From Dudresnaya verticillata (taxonomy: Eukaryota): DNA of 64,000 nt. The position numbers and the translations under genes were made by a program. How positions within the stretch are numbered: position 1 is the stretch's first letter; every line of letters starts with the position of its first letter. Below the pieces are notes generated by a model. It made no database searches and had not been told where the DNA came from. It worked only from the letters and a program-made list of their open reading frames with translations. Positions 46,034 to 60,219 of the stretch are shown here, piece by piece. Location of the stretch: the NCBI GenBank assembly GCA_977862235.1, contig OZ374559.1, positions 2,480,001-2,544,000 of the forward strand. Direction: 5' to 3'.

Positions 46034-48453
46034 ATGCCGCCGCTACCTACTTTGGCCGCTGCCGGTTCGGCAGACGCCGCGGCAGGTGAAGTTGGCGGTC
46101 GACGCACTTCCTTACTGAGTAACGTCGGCGTCTCAGGAGCTCCCCTAGAGGAACCGCGCATCGAGCGCAGGGCGGCTATAGCCAAGGCCCTAGGAGGGAC
46201 AACGGTCTCTGCGACAGACCTCCAGCTACTCTACGAGGAGACGATGGACTCACTTTCGGAAGTGTACGACATCTTCATGGCCTCAGTCGCAGACGCGCGG
46301 GCACAAGGTCAACGTGACCTGGCGTCGCTTCGACGCGGAACTCTCGCCTCCGTCACGGAAGGATTAACCCGAACTCAAGGGCTCCTCGACGAGCTACGCC
46401 AACGCGTTGAGTTGATTGAGCACGCACCGGCGCGGTATGACCGACGGGCGCCTAGCCCGTCGCCGGTGCGGAGCCGTCCTCCGTGATCGCCGTCTCAAGC
46501 GGATCCGGTTCGCGAACTGGCCAAAGCCCTCCTCTCTTAGTGTCGTGCTCAGCGAAATCCCTTTTCCCCACCGACCTCTCCGCCTAGGAGTGGGCAAGGG
46601 TCCCCTCGCCCTACAAGAGATGACGATCCCTTCTACGGGGTCGACCCCAAGCTACTGCTACGCGCCCTCGACGGGCGTGGAGTTGGAGAGCCGTCTAGCC
46701 CCTCACCACACGAAGGACCCGTGTCGGCCTACTGGCACTGAGGGCCATTGATGCCGGGCGTCGAGCCGCTGAGCATCTTGGTCCCCGAATTCGCAAAGGC
46801 GATCGACTACCGCTCCTATCGTCTAGACGACATAAGGCAGCGGGACAATCAGCAGCAAGTCTGCAATGGCAACACCGCCAAGATTGTCAGCCGGATGAAG
46901 GCTCTCATGCCGCAGCTAGATCGCTACGACGGCAAGGAGCCCATCCGCTTGCTTGGCGTGCTTAGACAGCTACGCCAAGCCTTCAACGGCGTCGGCCTGT
47001 CGGAAGGCGCAGCGGTGCGAGTGGTGTCCTGGTTCCTACACGGAACGGCATCCCAGGTGTATTCGAGTCACCTCTTCTCGGGGGTCCGGACGACTAGTCG
47101 CGGCACCCCCCGTGATGGGCCTCGGTGGTCAATACCCTCGTCGAGAGGTTCGTCACCGACAACGTGATCGCCGCCGCGCACGACCGACTGACCACCGCCC
47201 GGCAGCGGGACGCCGAGTCAGAACTCGAGTTCGCCTCTCGTCTAGAGGGCTACGCAGATGACTGTGCCGGCGTCTACTCCGACGAGAACCTGACGCACCA
47301 GTTCCTGCGTGGTTTGCTTCCGACCAGTCGACCCGCAGTAGCGGAGAAGGTAAGGCAGATGCCGACGGTCGAGCAGACCAACTTCAGTACCGTTCGTCGG
47401 ATCGCCCACAGTGAGGGCACAACCTACCGCGCCCGAATGGCCAAGTCGTCGACGCCGGCCATCGCTTCGGGGCGCGGTAGGGGAAGCAGTTCGCCAAGCG
47501 GCCGCACACTGCTTATCGAGGCGAAACACACCCCCGATAAGGAAGCGGCCTTCGACGGCACGATGTTGGTGGCGCCCGATGACGATGGTTTCGAACCCGT
47601 CATGGTCGTGCCCGCGCTGTCGACAGCCGGGGCGGCGCAAGCCGAGGAGACCCTCGACATATCAGGACGCATCGACGCCGTCCTGCCGAGGAGGATCCCT
47701 CCGCTCACACCGACGCAAAAGCCAATGGCCCGCGCTGTCACCCCTGGCCGACAGGGGTGGTACATCTGCTGGTTCTGCCGAGAACTTGGGCACATCATGT
47801 ACTCGTGCCCATTCCTGACTAAGGAAAAGCAGTTGTACTGCGCGTATGCGAACTGCAACCATAGACTGGAGACGCAGCCGCACGCGCGCAACAATTTGCA
47901 GCAGCTCATCGACGAGCGCATGCCGGCAGGCGCCAAGGCAACTTATCCCGCAAGACGCTTCGACGCGCAGCGGGGTGGGGCCCGACCCTTCGACGCGAGA
48001 GGTCCCCCGCAGCGCTTCGATGCGCAAAGGTATCGCGGGGAGCCGCGACAGTACCGCGGGGATCGTCGAGATCCGCGCCGCGAATACCGAAGGGCAGACA
48101 TCCCGCGGTTCCTCACTCGCGACAAGCGGGTAGGGTTTGACGACCAAGCCGGTCGCCAACCTCGGGCGTCGACACCCTCGAGGCCCGACCCGCAGCGCGA
48201 ACTGCTTCGGGCAGTGATGACCGTGCAGGAGCACACCGGGCTAGCAGCCGACGAGTGGCTCCCGCGAGCGCTCGACGCGCAGAGCAAGGGCGAGTCCTCC
48301 CGGGGGCAGGTTGAGCAGCCCCCGCTCCTTCTTGACACGCCGCCGCGATCGACGCGAGGCGCCAGCCCGGCCCCTAGCCAGCCAATGGGATCCGAGGAAG
48401 ATAGCTCGGATTCCGAAAATAATTTTGACCGGGTCGAACCGGAAAAAGAGTAA
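46034..48453 (+). pseudogene. gag: Gypsy gag, frameshifted
   Basis: Pieces 46034-46486, 46748-47167 and 47125-48453; Q...ESELEFASRL major-homology-like motif; CWFCRELGHIMYSC knuckle. Confidence 0.8.
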
Positions 48454-48733
48454 AGGCGGCGCCGCTCGTGCGGTCGCGCGCACCGTCTCTCTCTACCCCA
48501 GACCCACCATCCTCCGCCAAGCCGTCGACGGCAGGTAGGACGTCAAGTCCCAACAACGAAGGAACCCCTCGCCAAGCAGCGCTGAGGGGCCCCTTCTCGA
48601 CGAGCCGTCGAAAGCCACGCGCTCCAGGCCACCTTGGCCCCGGCGGCGTCGACGCAAGCGACAGGCACGACGCCGAGCGCATAGGGGTCCGTCGACGGAT
48701 CCCGAGGCACCCTCCGCTCGACGCGAAGGTGCC

Positions 48734-51700
48734 ATGGCTCACTGCGTCGACGTGGAGCCGGCCACTACCCCAGACGGGTATGTGTGCCTCTTTTCCTCGG
48801 AGATATACCGCGTGTCTGGGTCGCTAGGGGCTGACCCAGGGGTAATGATACCCCACACCATTGCGGTGGACACCGGCTCCGGGTACAACCTCATCGCGAA
48901 GCGGGCGCTGCCGCCCGGATGGGATCAGCACGCGGTGGAGATGGAGTCGACTCCTCGCCTCGCCGGGGCTGATAATACCCTACTGAGCCTATCAGGGGTG
49001 GCACACCTCTCGATGAGGTTGTGGAACACGATGTTCCGCGTGCCATTCATAGTGGCAGACACCTTGGCCGTCGACGTCCTGGTGGGAACGCAGTTCCTCA
49101 ATGCGCACGTGCGAGGCATCGACGTCGAATCGAAACGCCTATCGCTCCGACGCGGGGGCTCGGTGCCCCTCCTCAAGCGCAGTAGACCTGCAGAGGACCG
49201 CAAGCCGGCATCGAAGCCGAAGAACCCGTCGACGGGTTTGTCGAGGAAGCACCAGAGGGAGCTCCTCGACTGGGATCACGACACCCACACCATCCGCCTC
49301 TCTAGGCAGATGGTGCTCCCAGCCTATTCCCAAAGGCTCGTCTCCGTGATGTCAGGAGCAAGTGAGCTGATCCACACCGAACCCAAACCCTCTTTGCAGT
49401 TCCGCCACGGCGTGAGACTTACCAACGGGTGCACGACGTCGAGTCGATGCGACCCTTCGGGGTCATCGTCGGGAACTTCACCGACAAGCCTCGGACCCTG
49501 CCTAAGGGTACTGTTGTCGGCTACGCGGTTAGGAACCCGGTGGCGCTGATAACTTCAGACGGCAAAGTCGTGGAGGAGTTTGGGCGGGTGATGAACATCA
49601 CCACCCTACCACCACGGGGTAAGAGGCCCCCGGTCAATCAGGGTGCCGTGGAACCATCCACATCGCCGTCGACGGCGAAGGGCACCGACGCCCAGCCGCT
49701 GCAGGGCGCAGCTACCGCCGCAGCGAAGGCCAACCCCTCCGTCGAGGACGGGGAGGCGCAGGTCGATCTCTCGTCTATCAAAGACGAGGTGACCCGCAAG
49801 GAGGTCCTCTCCATGCTCAGGAAGCATCAGTCCATGTGGAACGGGAGGCTGGGCACTATTGCCGCCACCCGACACCACATCGATGTGGAACGGGGCACTC
49901 GCCCCATCCGCTCCATGCCCTACCGACAGGGCCCTGCCATGCGCAAGCTGGTGCAGGATGAGGTGGATAACATGCTTTGTGCAGGGGTTATCGAACCCGC
50001 CACCTCGGAATGGGCATCGCCAGTAGTCCTGGCTCCCAAGAAGGACGGCACACTTAGGTTTTGCGTGGACTATCGAAGTCTCAACACGAAAACGCTAAGT
50101 GATGCGTCCCCTCTACCGCGGATGGACGACTAAATCGACAGTCTAGGCGACGCAGCCGTCTTCTCGACGTTGGACTGCAACGCGGGGTACTGGCAAATCC
50201 CTGTCGCAGAGGCTGACAGGGATAAGACCACGTTCACTTCGTTCTTAGGGACGTTTCGCTACTTTCGAATGCCCTTCGGGCTGAAGAACGCCCCCGCGAC
50301 TTTCCAGCGCGCACTGGACATCATCCTCAGCGGAGTCCGATGGCAGTGTTGCCTGATCTATCTAGACGATGTGATCATTTTCTCGCGGTCGATCGCGGAG
50401 CACGTTGGTCATCTAGACCAAGTGCTGACTCTGTTGCACAAGGGAGGAGTATCCCTGAAACTGAAGAAGTGCCACTTCTTTAAGTCGCGCGTTGGCTATC
50501 TAGGCCACGTCATCGAACCGGGGAAGCTACGCATGGCGCAGACAAGCAGCGACGCTTTCCGCCATGCGCAGTTCCCGACCTCCCTGACGAAGGTGAGGTC
50601 GTTCTTCGGCGCGTGCAATGTCTATCGCCGCTTCGTGAGCAACTTTGCGAAGATCGCGCGTCCTCTGACGAACATGATCCGCAAAGACGCGGATGTGGAT
50701 TTCGACAATCCAAGCGCCGACGCGCTCGAGGCATATGAGACGCTCAGAGCGAAGCTCATATCGCCCCCTATCCTACGGCTGCCCAAGACGGGTAGACCCT
50801 ACGTCCTCGATACGGACGCATCGGCTTATAAGCTCGGATGCGCCCTACTGCAGGAGCAGGAGGACGGCCAGCTACACCCAGTCGGGTACTGGTCCTACTC
50901 ACTCAACTCGGCGGAGCGCAATTACTCCGCCACTGAGCGCGAGTGCTTCGCAGTGGTGTGGTCGATCAAAACCATGCGGCCCTACATCGAAGGCACGCGA
51001 TTCACGGTTCGAACCGATCACGATGCGCTTCGATGGCTGATGTCGCTGACCGACTCTTCGGGTCGACTGACCCGGTGGCGCCTGCGGCTCGCGTAATTCG
51101 ATTTCCAGATCGAGTACCACCCCGGGCGGGTACACCAAGTCCCGGATGCCCTGTCCCGCTTGGTTCGGCCCCAGCGGAAACAGGAGGAGGTTGACGACGA
51201 CGTCCCTACCTTTGACCCCCCGGCGATCGACCGCCCGCAAGAGGAGTCCTCGGCTGAGACGCCGGTGGCACGTTCTGGTGCAGAACCCGCGGCTCCCGTC
51301 TTGGTAACCACACGCTCGCGGGCCAACGCATCTACGCGTTCGGCCCCAGCGCAGCCCGTCCCGAAGCCAGTCCGGGGAAGCATCACCGGCACCGCGCCCA
51401 AGACGGTCGCGGCAGACGAACCCCCGGACTTGGCCGACGAAGCGGCGTGGGACGACACCGACGACGTCGACCTCTTCGATCTCCTCCACGTCGACGCGGG
51501 AGACGAGCCATCGGACTTGACGTCCGTGGAGCCAGTGAAGCTCCCTTCACGTATTTCCGTCGAGGAATTTGTGGACGCGCAGCGGCACGACTCCTTCTGC
51601 CAGACCGTACTGGCTAGGCAGTCCCGTCGACGGGATAGCCATTTTTACGAGGACGGGGATGGGCTTCTATGCCGCCATCATCCGGTCATCGCTTCGCTAG

Positions 51701-53010
51701 ACCAGATAGTGGTGCCCGAGTCGTCACAGCCTCGGCTGCTCACGCTTGCGCACCACTCCCTCCTCGCGGGCCACCCAGGGCAGAACAAGATGTTCTATTC
51801 CCTGCGTGAGACCTATTACTGGCCGCATATGGCGGCCAGCATCGCCATGACAGTCAGAAACTGCAGGTGTGCCCGAAACTGCACTGTGCCCGTAACCGCA
51901 TTCGACTGCGAAGACACCTTCATAGACTGAAGCTGTTCCCGGCCACCCGGCCGCTGGAATCCGTCGCTATCTACATACTGGGCCCCTTGCCCAAGACCAA
52001 GTCTGGTCGCAAATTCCTCGTCGTCATGACGGACCGCTTTACTAAGCTGACGCAAGTCGCGCCTCTGCGCGCCATTACGGCTTACAACGTCGCAGTTGTC
52101 TTCTATGAACAGTGGGTCTTCCACTACGGGCCCCCTAGGTCCTTGCTTTCCGATAACGGAAAGCAGTTCACATCGAATTTCTTCCAAGCCTTCTGCCTGT
52201 ATTTGGGTTTGAACAACTTGTTCACCTCCGCGTATCACCCCCAGTCGAATGGGCAGGCTGAACGCTGCAACCGGACCGTCATGGCCATGTTGAGGAACTA
52301 CGTCAAAGATCTCCAAAACGATTGGGATCGATACGCCTCTGCGTTGACGTATTCCTACAACTGTCATGTGCACCGCGCGACGCGGACGACTCCCTTCAGC
52401 TTAGTGCTGTCACGGCCTCCGCCGGAATTTACTAAGGTTCACTCGGCGGTCGACCGCCCGAAACCTAGTGAGGATGTCCGAACGGACTTCCTCAAGCGGT
52501 TAGACATCGCTATGGGCCTGGCTTCTGCCGCCCTGGCCAAAACGCAGAGCCGTTACAAAAAGGACTTTGACCGACGGGTCCAGAAGGTCAACTCCCGCAT
52601 CAAGGCCGGGGACTATGTCTTCATCGACGCAACAGACGGGGTGACGAAACCACCGAAGTTGCAGAGCCCGGCCATCGGGCCTTATCGCGTGCTGCTCAAC
52701 GACGAGCGCACGTTGTTTATCGACAGAGACGGCCTGTTCGAACGCATCGCAGCGGACCGAGCCGTCTTCCTTCTCCCGCCTCTGCGGGAAGACACCGCGC
52801 GTCGAAGTGCGTACTTGCCCACCGCCGACGATCTCGCGTCCAAATCCGTCGACGGCCCGCGGTTCGTGGTGGACAAGGTACTTGACCATACCACGGCCGA
52901 AGACGGCACGCTGCTCTTCCAGGTCAAGTGGGCCTGCTACTCTAAGCCGAATTGGGAACCTTGATCCCATTTGCCGGAGGCGATGGTGAGCCAATACTTC
53001 CGCGCGCAGA
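48734..53010 (+). pseudogene. pol: Gypsy pol: protease, RT, RNase H, integrase, chromodomain
   Basis: VDTGSG; RFCVDYR, MPFGLKNAP, YLDD; DTDAS, TDH; HH..GHPG...C..C, SDNG, NGQAER (first catalytic D reads Y); VVDKVLDH...VKW...WEP. Stops at 50131, 51094 and 52962, plus frameshifts. Confidence 0.93.
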
Positions 53011-54504
53011 AGCGTCGGAAGGGCTTTGGGCTCAACGCCCCATCCCCTTCACTCACCCCCTCGGCGGGGGCGCCTCGTGCTCAAGGAGGGGGCCCCAGGC
53101 ATTCTTTGCCTGTTATTGCCCTCATCCAGGCATCCTTTGCCTTTTCCCAGCGACGGGAACACGTGGGGCCTAAGCCCCACGACAAGGGCATGAATTGCGG
53201 CTGAATAAGCCGGCGGCCCAAGCCGAAAGCACCCCGCGCCAATGTCAGAGGCCAAGGAGCAGGGGTGCTCTGCGAACTGCGCATCGCAGGGACGCTGGGC
53301 ACGACGCCTCTCGCCACTACCGGCTCGACGCCCGGCAGTAGCGACGCCCCGCTAGGCAGAAGACAACCCGCACCGTCGGGGGTTGTCTGCCCAACGCCGA
53401 CGCGAAGCTGCACACAGGCGGCGAAGGGCAGGCATCGACGCCCCCTTCTCCACCTCCACGCGGCAGAAGCCCAGGCAAAAACGAGGGCACGTGCACGCCG
53501 AGTCGACTCGGACGGAGGGCCTTCGCCATATGCGCACGCGAAACGAGCGGCGAAGCTCGACGCGATCCGGCTGGAGAAGCCACTGAGCCATCCAAGCCGA
53601 AGCGCCACCGACGTCGACGTCAAGTGGAAGCTGCACGCAGATGGCGGAGGGCAGGCGTCGACGCCACCCGTCACCAACGCCGCGCCGCAGCCGCGCGTAA
53701 TCTTCGGCCAATACCCATCGCCCTGGTGCCTAGCCGGGCGGGGTGCCAACGCGCACAGCCCCCACGTCGATGTGGGGCGCCAGAGCCAAGAAGGCCGGCG
53801 TCCGTCGAGTTGCACCGCAGCGCTTCGACGCGTGAAGCGGCACAACCACCTCGACGATGGGCAGGCCGAAGGCACCGCAGCAGACGACCGGCCCCTGCCA
53901 AATACAGGCGCACGCTTACCCATATTTGGGACGCGTGCGCCCTACAAGCGCAGAGGCGCAGATTTGTGTTCAGGCTACAGTGTCTACTGTACCCAAAACA
54001 CAAATAATTGGGAACGCCCAATGAGGTTCGACACCCCCGGGCCTCTGCCCACTCATTCAGGGACATTGACGCCCCTGGCTTGGGGTTGGCTGCACAAACC
54101 GCCGCCACGCTCTTGGCTACTCCCGGGGATCGGACCGCGTCGACGCGGTCCCCTCCGGCGCGCGAAGCGTCAACGCCACCACTAGGGGCACCCGCTCCGC
54201 GCTGGCGCTCGGAATCGACGCGGCGTGCGCACGCTGGCAGCCCCCTGTGTGGCGTCGACGCCAGCACTGCGGACCATCACCCGCTTCGACGCGGGTCAGG
54301 CACAATGGTACCCATGGTGAGGTGGGGCGTCGAAGCCCCACCACCTGCTACAGCTAGCATAGCTCGCACGCAGCCGCGCGGTCGAAGGCGCAGCTGTTGA
54401 AAACGCGTCGACGCGGACCGAGGTCTTCGCCCACCCCTTGCCCTTTAATGAACCAGACACGCAGAGGCCGTCTTAAAACTACCGAGGCGATCGACCGCCT
54501 CGAA

Positions 54505-57464
54505 CTAGGATGCTTCTACAGCATAAGCCACTACGGCATAACTACTGGGCGGCCTCGCCCCCAGGACCCACGCCGGGAAAGGCGGGCGCAGAGCCCGCTG
54601 CCCCGGCGCCGCGGGCACGTAGCCCTCAACCACAGTTGTGGTTGCCGCTGCCGCTGTTGAAAGACCCCCTGCGGGAAGCGGAGGCGACGAGCCTCCGTAC
54701 GCCACTGCGCCCCCATGTATGGGAGCTGTAGGGCGGTAAGGGCCCATCGACGGGCCCCTCACTTGCGGAAGAACCGCTTGCTGTGGCACGACGCCTGCAG
54801 CACTGAGCGGTGCGCCTGCGCCGCCCTGAGCGCCTGGGTACATAAGTTGCCCGGCGCCTTGCCAAGGGGCAACCGGGCCAGAAGGGCCCGGAGCGTACGA
54901 CTGCATCGGCTGCATCGACGCATACCCCGTCGGGGGCGGCTGGTACTCCTCACGCAGCGTCTTGCGCGCCGGCGCATAAGACATGCGCTGGACTTCCCCG
55001 CGGAGCCTCTGCACCTCGCGGGCAAAGCCGTCCCGCTCGTCGCGGTATCGAACCGCGACGGCATTAGAGGCGTTGACGTCCTCCTGCAGCGCCACTGCGC
55101 TCGATGCCAAGGCCTGCAGGAGCGTGCATGTCGATACGCCTTGCCCGACGCGCGCCAAGGAGGCCGCACTGCGTACAGTCGGATCGGCCCAGACTACCGC
55201 ACTCACCGCCTCGTCCAGTGGGTCGACCACTAGAGGGTGTGGGACATAAGCCACCGCCGGCGACCCAGACGGGGGCGGCGGGGCCTGGTACACCTAAACG
55301 GCAGCGGCCGGAGGGGCGCGGGCCGTCGACGGCCCCGCAGCAGGCGGTCCGCCGACTGCCGTAGGGGCGGCTGGCGCACGACGCGCGGACGCCCTTGGGG
55401 GCGGCGGGATGTACGATTCGGTCTCCGCCGCCATGACGGCCGCGGCTGATCCAGGGTTAGCACCCACGCCACGACGGCGAAGACAGGCGCGCTCAGCGCG
55501 GGCCATGTCGGCTATCGAAGCGAACCCGGAGCGCTCGACGCGCTCCCGGCGGTCGCGCGTGCCACGGTTGCGCTGGATCTTATAGAGAGCCCCTGTCTCT
55601 GGCAAGAAGCCACACACGAACGCGTCGAAGCGTGAAGAGAAGTGACGCCTCCGCGTGTGCTTCTCGGTTTCCGCTGCAACTCGGCGGACTATGCCGAGCA
55701 GCCCGCCGAACCCAAAGGACTTGCCATCCGAAGGACGGAGCAAGTCTGGGAAACACGGCCTGTCGCTTGACCAGCCGGTCGCGAGAAAATTGATCAGGCG
55801 GTAGTCGAAGACCCAGCCTGTCCCCTTCGCGAGGAGCTCGCTGCAGTAGCGGCGGCCAACCTCGAAGGCGTATTCATCTGAGCGCCGAGCGAGGAGCTCA
55901 CGACGAGCAGCTACGCGACCAACCGTCGCGTAGTGGTTTTACCGGTCTACGGTTGTCCACGGGATAGTGAATCCCGATGGCGTGTCACGGTGGGAGTACC
56001 ACTCCGCCGATGGGAACCAGGCCGCGTCGAGCGCCGGGTGTAACTTGCACCCCTTTGACGGGCGTCCTTCGCCCGGGGCCTTGCACATATCCCAGTCCCG
56101 CTCCCCGAAGCACACCCCGAAGAGGCGGCGCGCAGAGTTGGCATCGGCCAGACGATGCGCGAGATCCATGGGCTCGTCGACGGGCACCGTGCGCATCTCT
56201 GGGATGGTGGCAGGTAGGGTTGGGGCCCACTCATCGGCGGGTGTCAGGAAGAGGGCATCGGCTGCCCTGCCCACCCGCCGAATCTTCTCAAGGGAGGCGA
56301 CGTAAGAAACGTCGCAGGGTAACCCCAACGGCGTGAGCCAGACTATGGCGTCCGCCGGGAGGAAAGCGGCATAGGCTGCCGCTCCTCCATCCACGCTCGC
56401 GTGGGCCACCCTCAGGAGCCGCCGGACGTCTGCCCGAGGCTCCTGCAGCCCGCGCCACTGATCCAGCGGGATCTGGTGGCGCGGCGCCCCCCAGGCGAAG
56501 ACCGTCTCGGGGGCGCGTGCTGTCCAGGGGGAGCCTGGCCCATGAGGGGCGGTCCGACTGAGACCGACACCCCAACAAGAGGCACGACGGGCGCAGTGGT
56601 GGACTCACCCACGCCCGCGGCCTACCCCTCTGCGTTGGCAGAGGCCACGGGAGACGGCGTCGGGGCCGTCGACAGCCCCATGCCAGCAGAATCGCGCGGC
56701 ACAAATGGTGCCGCCGCTGCGGGGACTTTCCCCGATCCGGAGGGCGTGGGCGACCTCGACCGACTCAGGTCGAGCACCCTGGCCACCGTCGGCACCGCGG
56801 AGCGCGAAGGCTACTCCGCGGGTGCCCTTCCTCGCTTCGACGCGGGTTGAGCGCTCGTGCGAGCCGTAGGCCCTGCGCGAGGCGGGCCAGTCGGCTGAAA
56901 GACCCCAGCCGCCGCTACTGGGTGCGGGGCGGCAGCGGCCGCCCCACTCGGGTCCTTCACTCTCTTGCCCTGCGCCGCAGCAAGGGCCACCGCCTCTGAC
57001 CAGACGTCAGCGGCGGGCGTTGGGGTGGGGTTGGCGTCGACGCCACCCGCCCCGGCGGAAGAAGCCGGCGCAGGAGCGGGCCCGGCCTTGCCCAGCGCAC
57101 CCGTCGATGGGGGCGCTTCTTCTGGCGCAACCGTCGAAGGTTGTGCCTCTGCTGTAGCGACCGTCGAAGGTCGCTCTGCGGTTGGCGCGGCCGTCGAAGG
57201 CCGCGCCTCCCCGCCCGCCGGTGCCTTTGGCACCGGCTCGGCTGTTCCACCCCCTACGACTGACTCAGTCGAGGAGGTGGGCTTGGTAACCGGCGCCCCC
57301 GCCGTCCGCAATCGGTTCGCGTGACTCCATCGCCGCGTCGACGCTGGCGATGGGGGAGGAAGTTGAGAGCGTCGACAGCTTGGAGCGTATGGCACTGGTC
57401 GACAGGCAGCTGTACGCGTGGGGGAGGGAGTGTTGGTGGTCGTGGTGAGCGATGACCAGACCAC
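54505..57464 (-). pseudogene. Decayed large antisense ORF in the gypsy 3' region
   Basis: Track ORFs 56811-57464 and 56412-56612 share a frame; 55939-56409, 55294-55743 and 54505-55293 share another and are separated only by single stops. Ala/Pro-rich ends, Trp-rich core, coiled-coil-like segment. Confidence 0.6.
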
Positions 57465-57665
57465 CCCCCACCCCTCGGAGCCGCAGAGGCGGCTCCCTAA
57501 ATAGCCCGTCGCGGCTCAGCGCGGGCACATCCGACGTGGCATCGACGCCCGTCACCGACGGACGCCCGGGGGCCCGCTTGCCAATCCCGGGCGCCGTCTT
57601 GGCCACCCCACAGCGTGCGCGTCGTAACGGTCGCGACCGAGGCGTTCGCGCTTGAGGATGGGTTG

Positions 57666-58494
57666 TGTGGCATAGCTGTAAGACAAGCTGTGCCACGCAC
57701 GCGCAGCTGTAAGACCAGCTGCGCCACGTGTGCACTGCTGTGCGCACGCTGTCAGCCGGTGGCGCCGAAGCCCCGCTGAACTGTAAGGAAGTGCGCAGTG
57801 GCGCCCGCGTGTGCACGCGTACGCGTGTGACACTGAAACTCCCATGTATTTCTACGTTTATTGTAGCGTACAGCACCGTCTAGTGTAAACGGCGGTCGAA
57901 CGCCCTGCTCTCCTGCGCGCTGCGCGCACGCACTCCGGCGCAGAGCCGTTGAGTGCGTGACACGCGCGCACGCACTCCGGCGTCGAGCCGTTGAGTACGG
58001 TGGACCGTTTCGCCCACGCGCGCCCCCGGGTTACCGTTACCCGTACGCGTCGACGCGTGTTGGGGCGCACCGGTGCACCTTCCGCGTTGGTGCCGCCGCA
58101 GGCCCTGTAGTATATCTAGTAGTCGCCCCTCGGGACTTCAGTAAACCAGGCAAGCCAGCCCACGCCAGGCTTGCCCTTTCTGCTTTGGGTTTCTTTCCCA
58201 GTCCTTCGCCCTACGGCTTCCCTCTTTCCCTAGCCGCCTAGGCTTTCCTTTTCCTTTCCCTACCGTCGGCTTCGTGCCGCCCCACGACGGGGATGCAGGG
58301 ATCCGACCGCTGCCGCCCGCGTACGGTACGCCCCGTGCGCGCTCAGGCTTCGACGCCGTTGATCCGCGACCGTCGACGGCGCGCGCGGCCGACAACGCCG
58401 CTCTACCACCACAGCTACCACCCTTCGACGGGTCTGGGTGCGACTGATCGAACAGCGCAGCTAGACGTCAGTTCGACCTGACGTCTATGCCACA
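57666..58494 (+). repeat. 3' LTR (829 bp, includes a 41-bp tandem duplication at ~57920-57995)
   Basis: Same termini as the 5' LTR; followed by the CTACC TSD. Confidence 0.95.
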
Positions 58495-60219
58495 CTACCG
58501 TCTGCTGTGCGCTCGAGTTCCGGAGCGGGAATAAGATGGTCAATTCTGTACTGCGACAGCTTCCCATTCCGATCACGGTCGATAAACGTTTGCTTGCCGG
58601 CGATCTTCTTCACTAGAAAGGGTCCTTTCCATCGTTTCTCCCCTTCTTTGTAAAAAATACAGAGTCCCCCAGGTTAATGAGGTATCGTGTGGCTGGCGGC
58701 AGCTTGGCGCGCAGGGCAGTCTGGACGCCGATCTTGGCGACGATGCTTGCCATTTACACGTGGGCAAGCTATAGAAAGATCATACGGTCGGTTTGGTTTG
58801 GCAATTCCGTCGTGAAGGGTGGGAATCGGGGAATGATGCCAAAAACGAGGAGGGATGGTACGAGTCCGTCTGGTCCCATGGTGTCGTTCATTGCCTTCAC
58901 GGATAACTTCAGGGCGAGGCCAGGAACGACGTTCGGGGTATCATGCCGGAGCTTAAGATAAATTATCCGTAGAGGGGCATGATAACTGAACTTGCAGCCT
59001 GGTCTGGTGGTTTGGAGTGCCTTGGTGACGGGTCCGGCGGCGAGGCAGACCCCGAGCTAAAAACCCTCATCTGAGTTCAGCGCATTGGCAAGGTAGGCAT
59101 CTGCAGTTCCATTCCCGGCTGCTGCTGCTTTCTGGGCTTGCATGCCAAACGAGTGGTATGTGTCTGCAGCAGTGCCCTCTAGACCGTCGATAAGGTCGTC
59201 GGTGGTGTCGACAAGGCTTTCGGGAATGCCGGCGCTATTCAGATAGTTAACGTGCGCGGTCAAGTGCAGATAAGCGCGTTTGATGGCCTTCGCAGCTTCG
59301 CCGACGGTCTTCGACTTCCGGGTGGCCCTACGGATCTTCTCCCTGGCGATTCGTTCAGCGTCGCGGGGCCTCGGGCAGCGTAGGTGGTGGTGGTCGAGAC
59401 TTCCGCAGTTGACGCAACTGTCATCAGAGCTATCATCAATCCGGGGGAGCAGGCGAGCCTTGGGATCGCGACCGTATCGGGCTTGACCCAGGAAGAATGT
59501 AGATGCCGCACCGAAGGTGCCCTTGGGCATGACAGCTGTTCGTGCACGGCCGAGTTTGATGGAGGCCGTCTTCTGCGCCAGGCGGTGACTTTGCTCAGAC
59601 GTAGTGAGCTCGTCAAGGAATTTCTTGTAGGGCTTCGGCTGAAGGGGCGAGGCTGTTAATAGGAGCCTGCGCCCAATCTGCTCCGATAACGGCGTGGTGA
59701 AGTTGTTCGACCTTGTCCTGGTCGCCCTGGTGTCCGCGTGGGGCTTGCGGAACCAGGCGCTCGATTTGACGGGCAACCTGCGCAAGCGCTTCGGCGTCTG
59801 AAACGTTGGAGTAGATGTAGTCACTGATATATAGACTGCGGAGGGAGTCTAGGACCCCGCGTTGAAGTGCGTAGGAGTTGTACCGATCATTTAGTGCTTA
59901 GACCAGGTGTCCCCAGTTGAAGATTTGTTCCAGATTGGAGTAGTAGAATGTCTCCGTGTCTCCGGTGAACATTTTGTGAATGAATTCGACCTTTTTGGCA
60001 TTCTCGAGGCCGACTTCGGTGGCATGGTGCTGGTAGCGTGCGAGAGTCACTTTCCACAAGGCGTGTGTGGAATGAGTGGACTCGGTGCCGGCCGTGTCCG
60101 AGAAAAGGGTCTTGCTGCTACGGTAACGGGCAGCCATGGCGTCAGCGCGCTTCTGCTTCGCCGCTGCGGCCTTCTGCTCGGTCAGTTCACGTTTCTCGAA
60201 GTCGGTGAGGGGAACGAAG

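Larger units (their letters stand above)
45178..58494 (+). mobile_element. Full-length Ty3/gypsy chromovirus-like LTR retrotransposon (13.3 kb), inactivated
   Basis: LTRs 45178-45965 and 57666-58494; CTACC TSD (45173-45177, 58495-58499); PBS; order gag-PR-RT-RH-IN-chromodomain. Confidence 0.96.

Noticed and set aside
46400..54500. Many Arg/Ala-rich overlapping ORFs, e.g. 53081-53923 and 53265-54185
   Set aside because: Expected shadow frames in GC-rich retroelement DNA.
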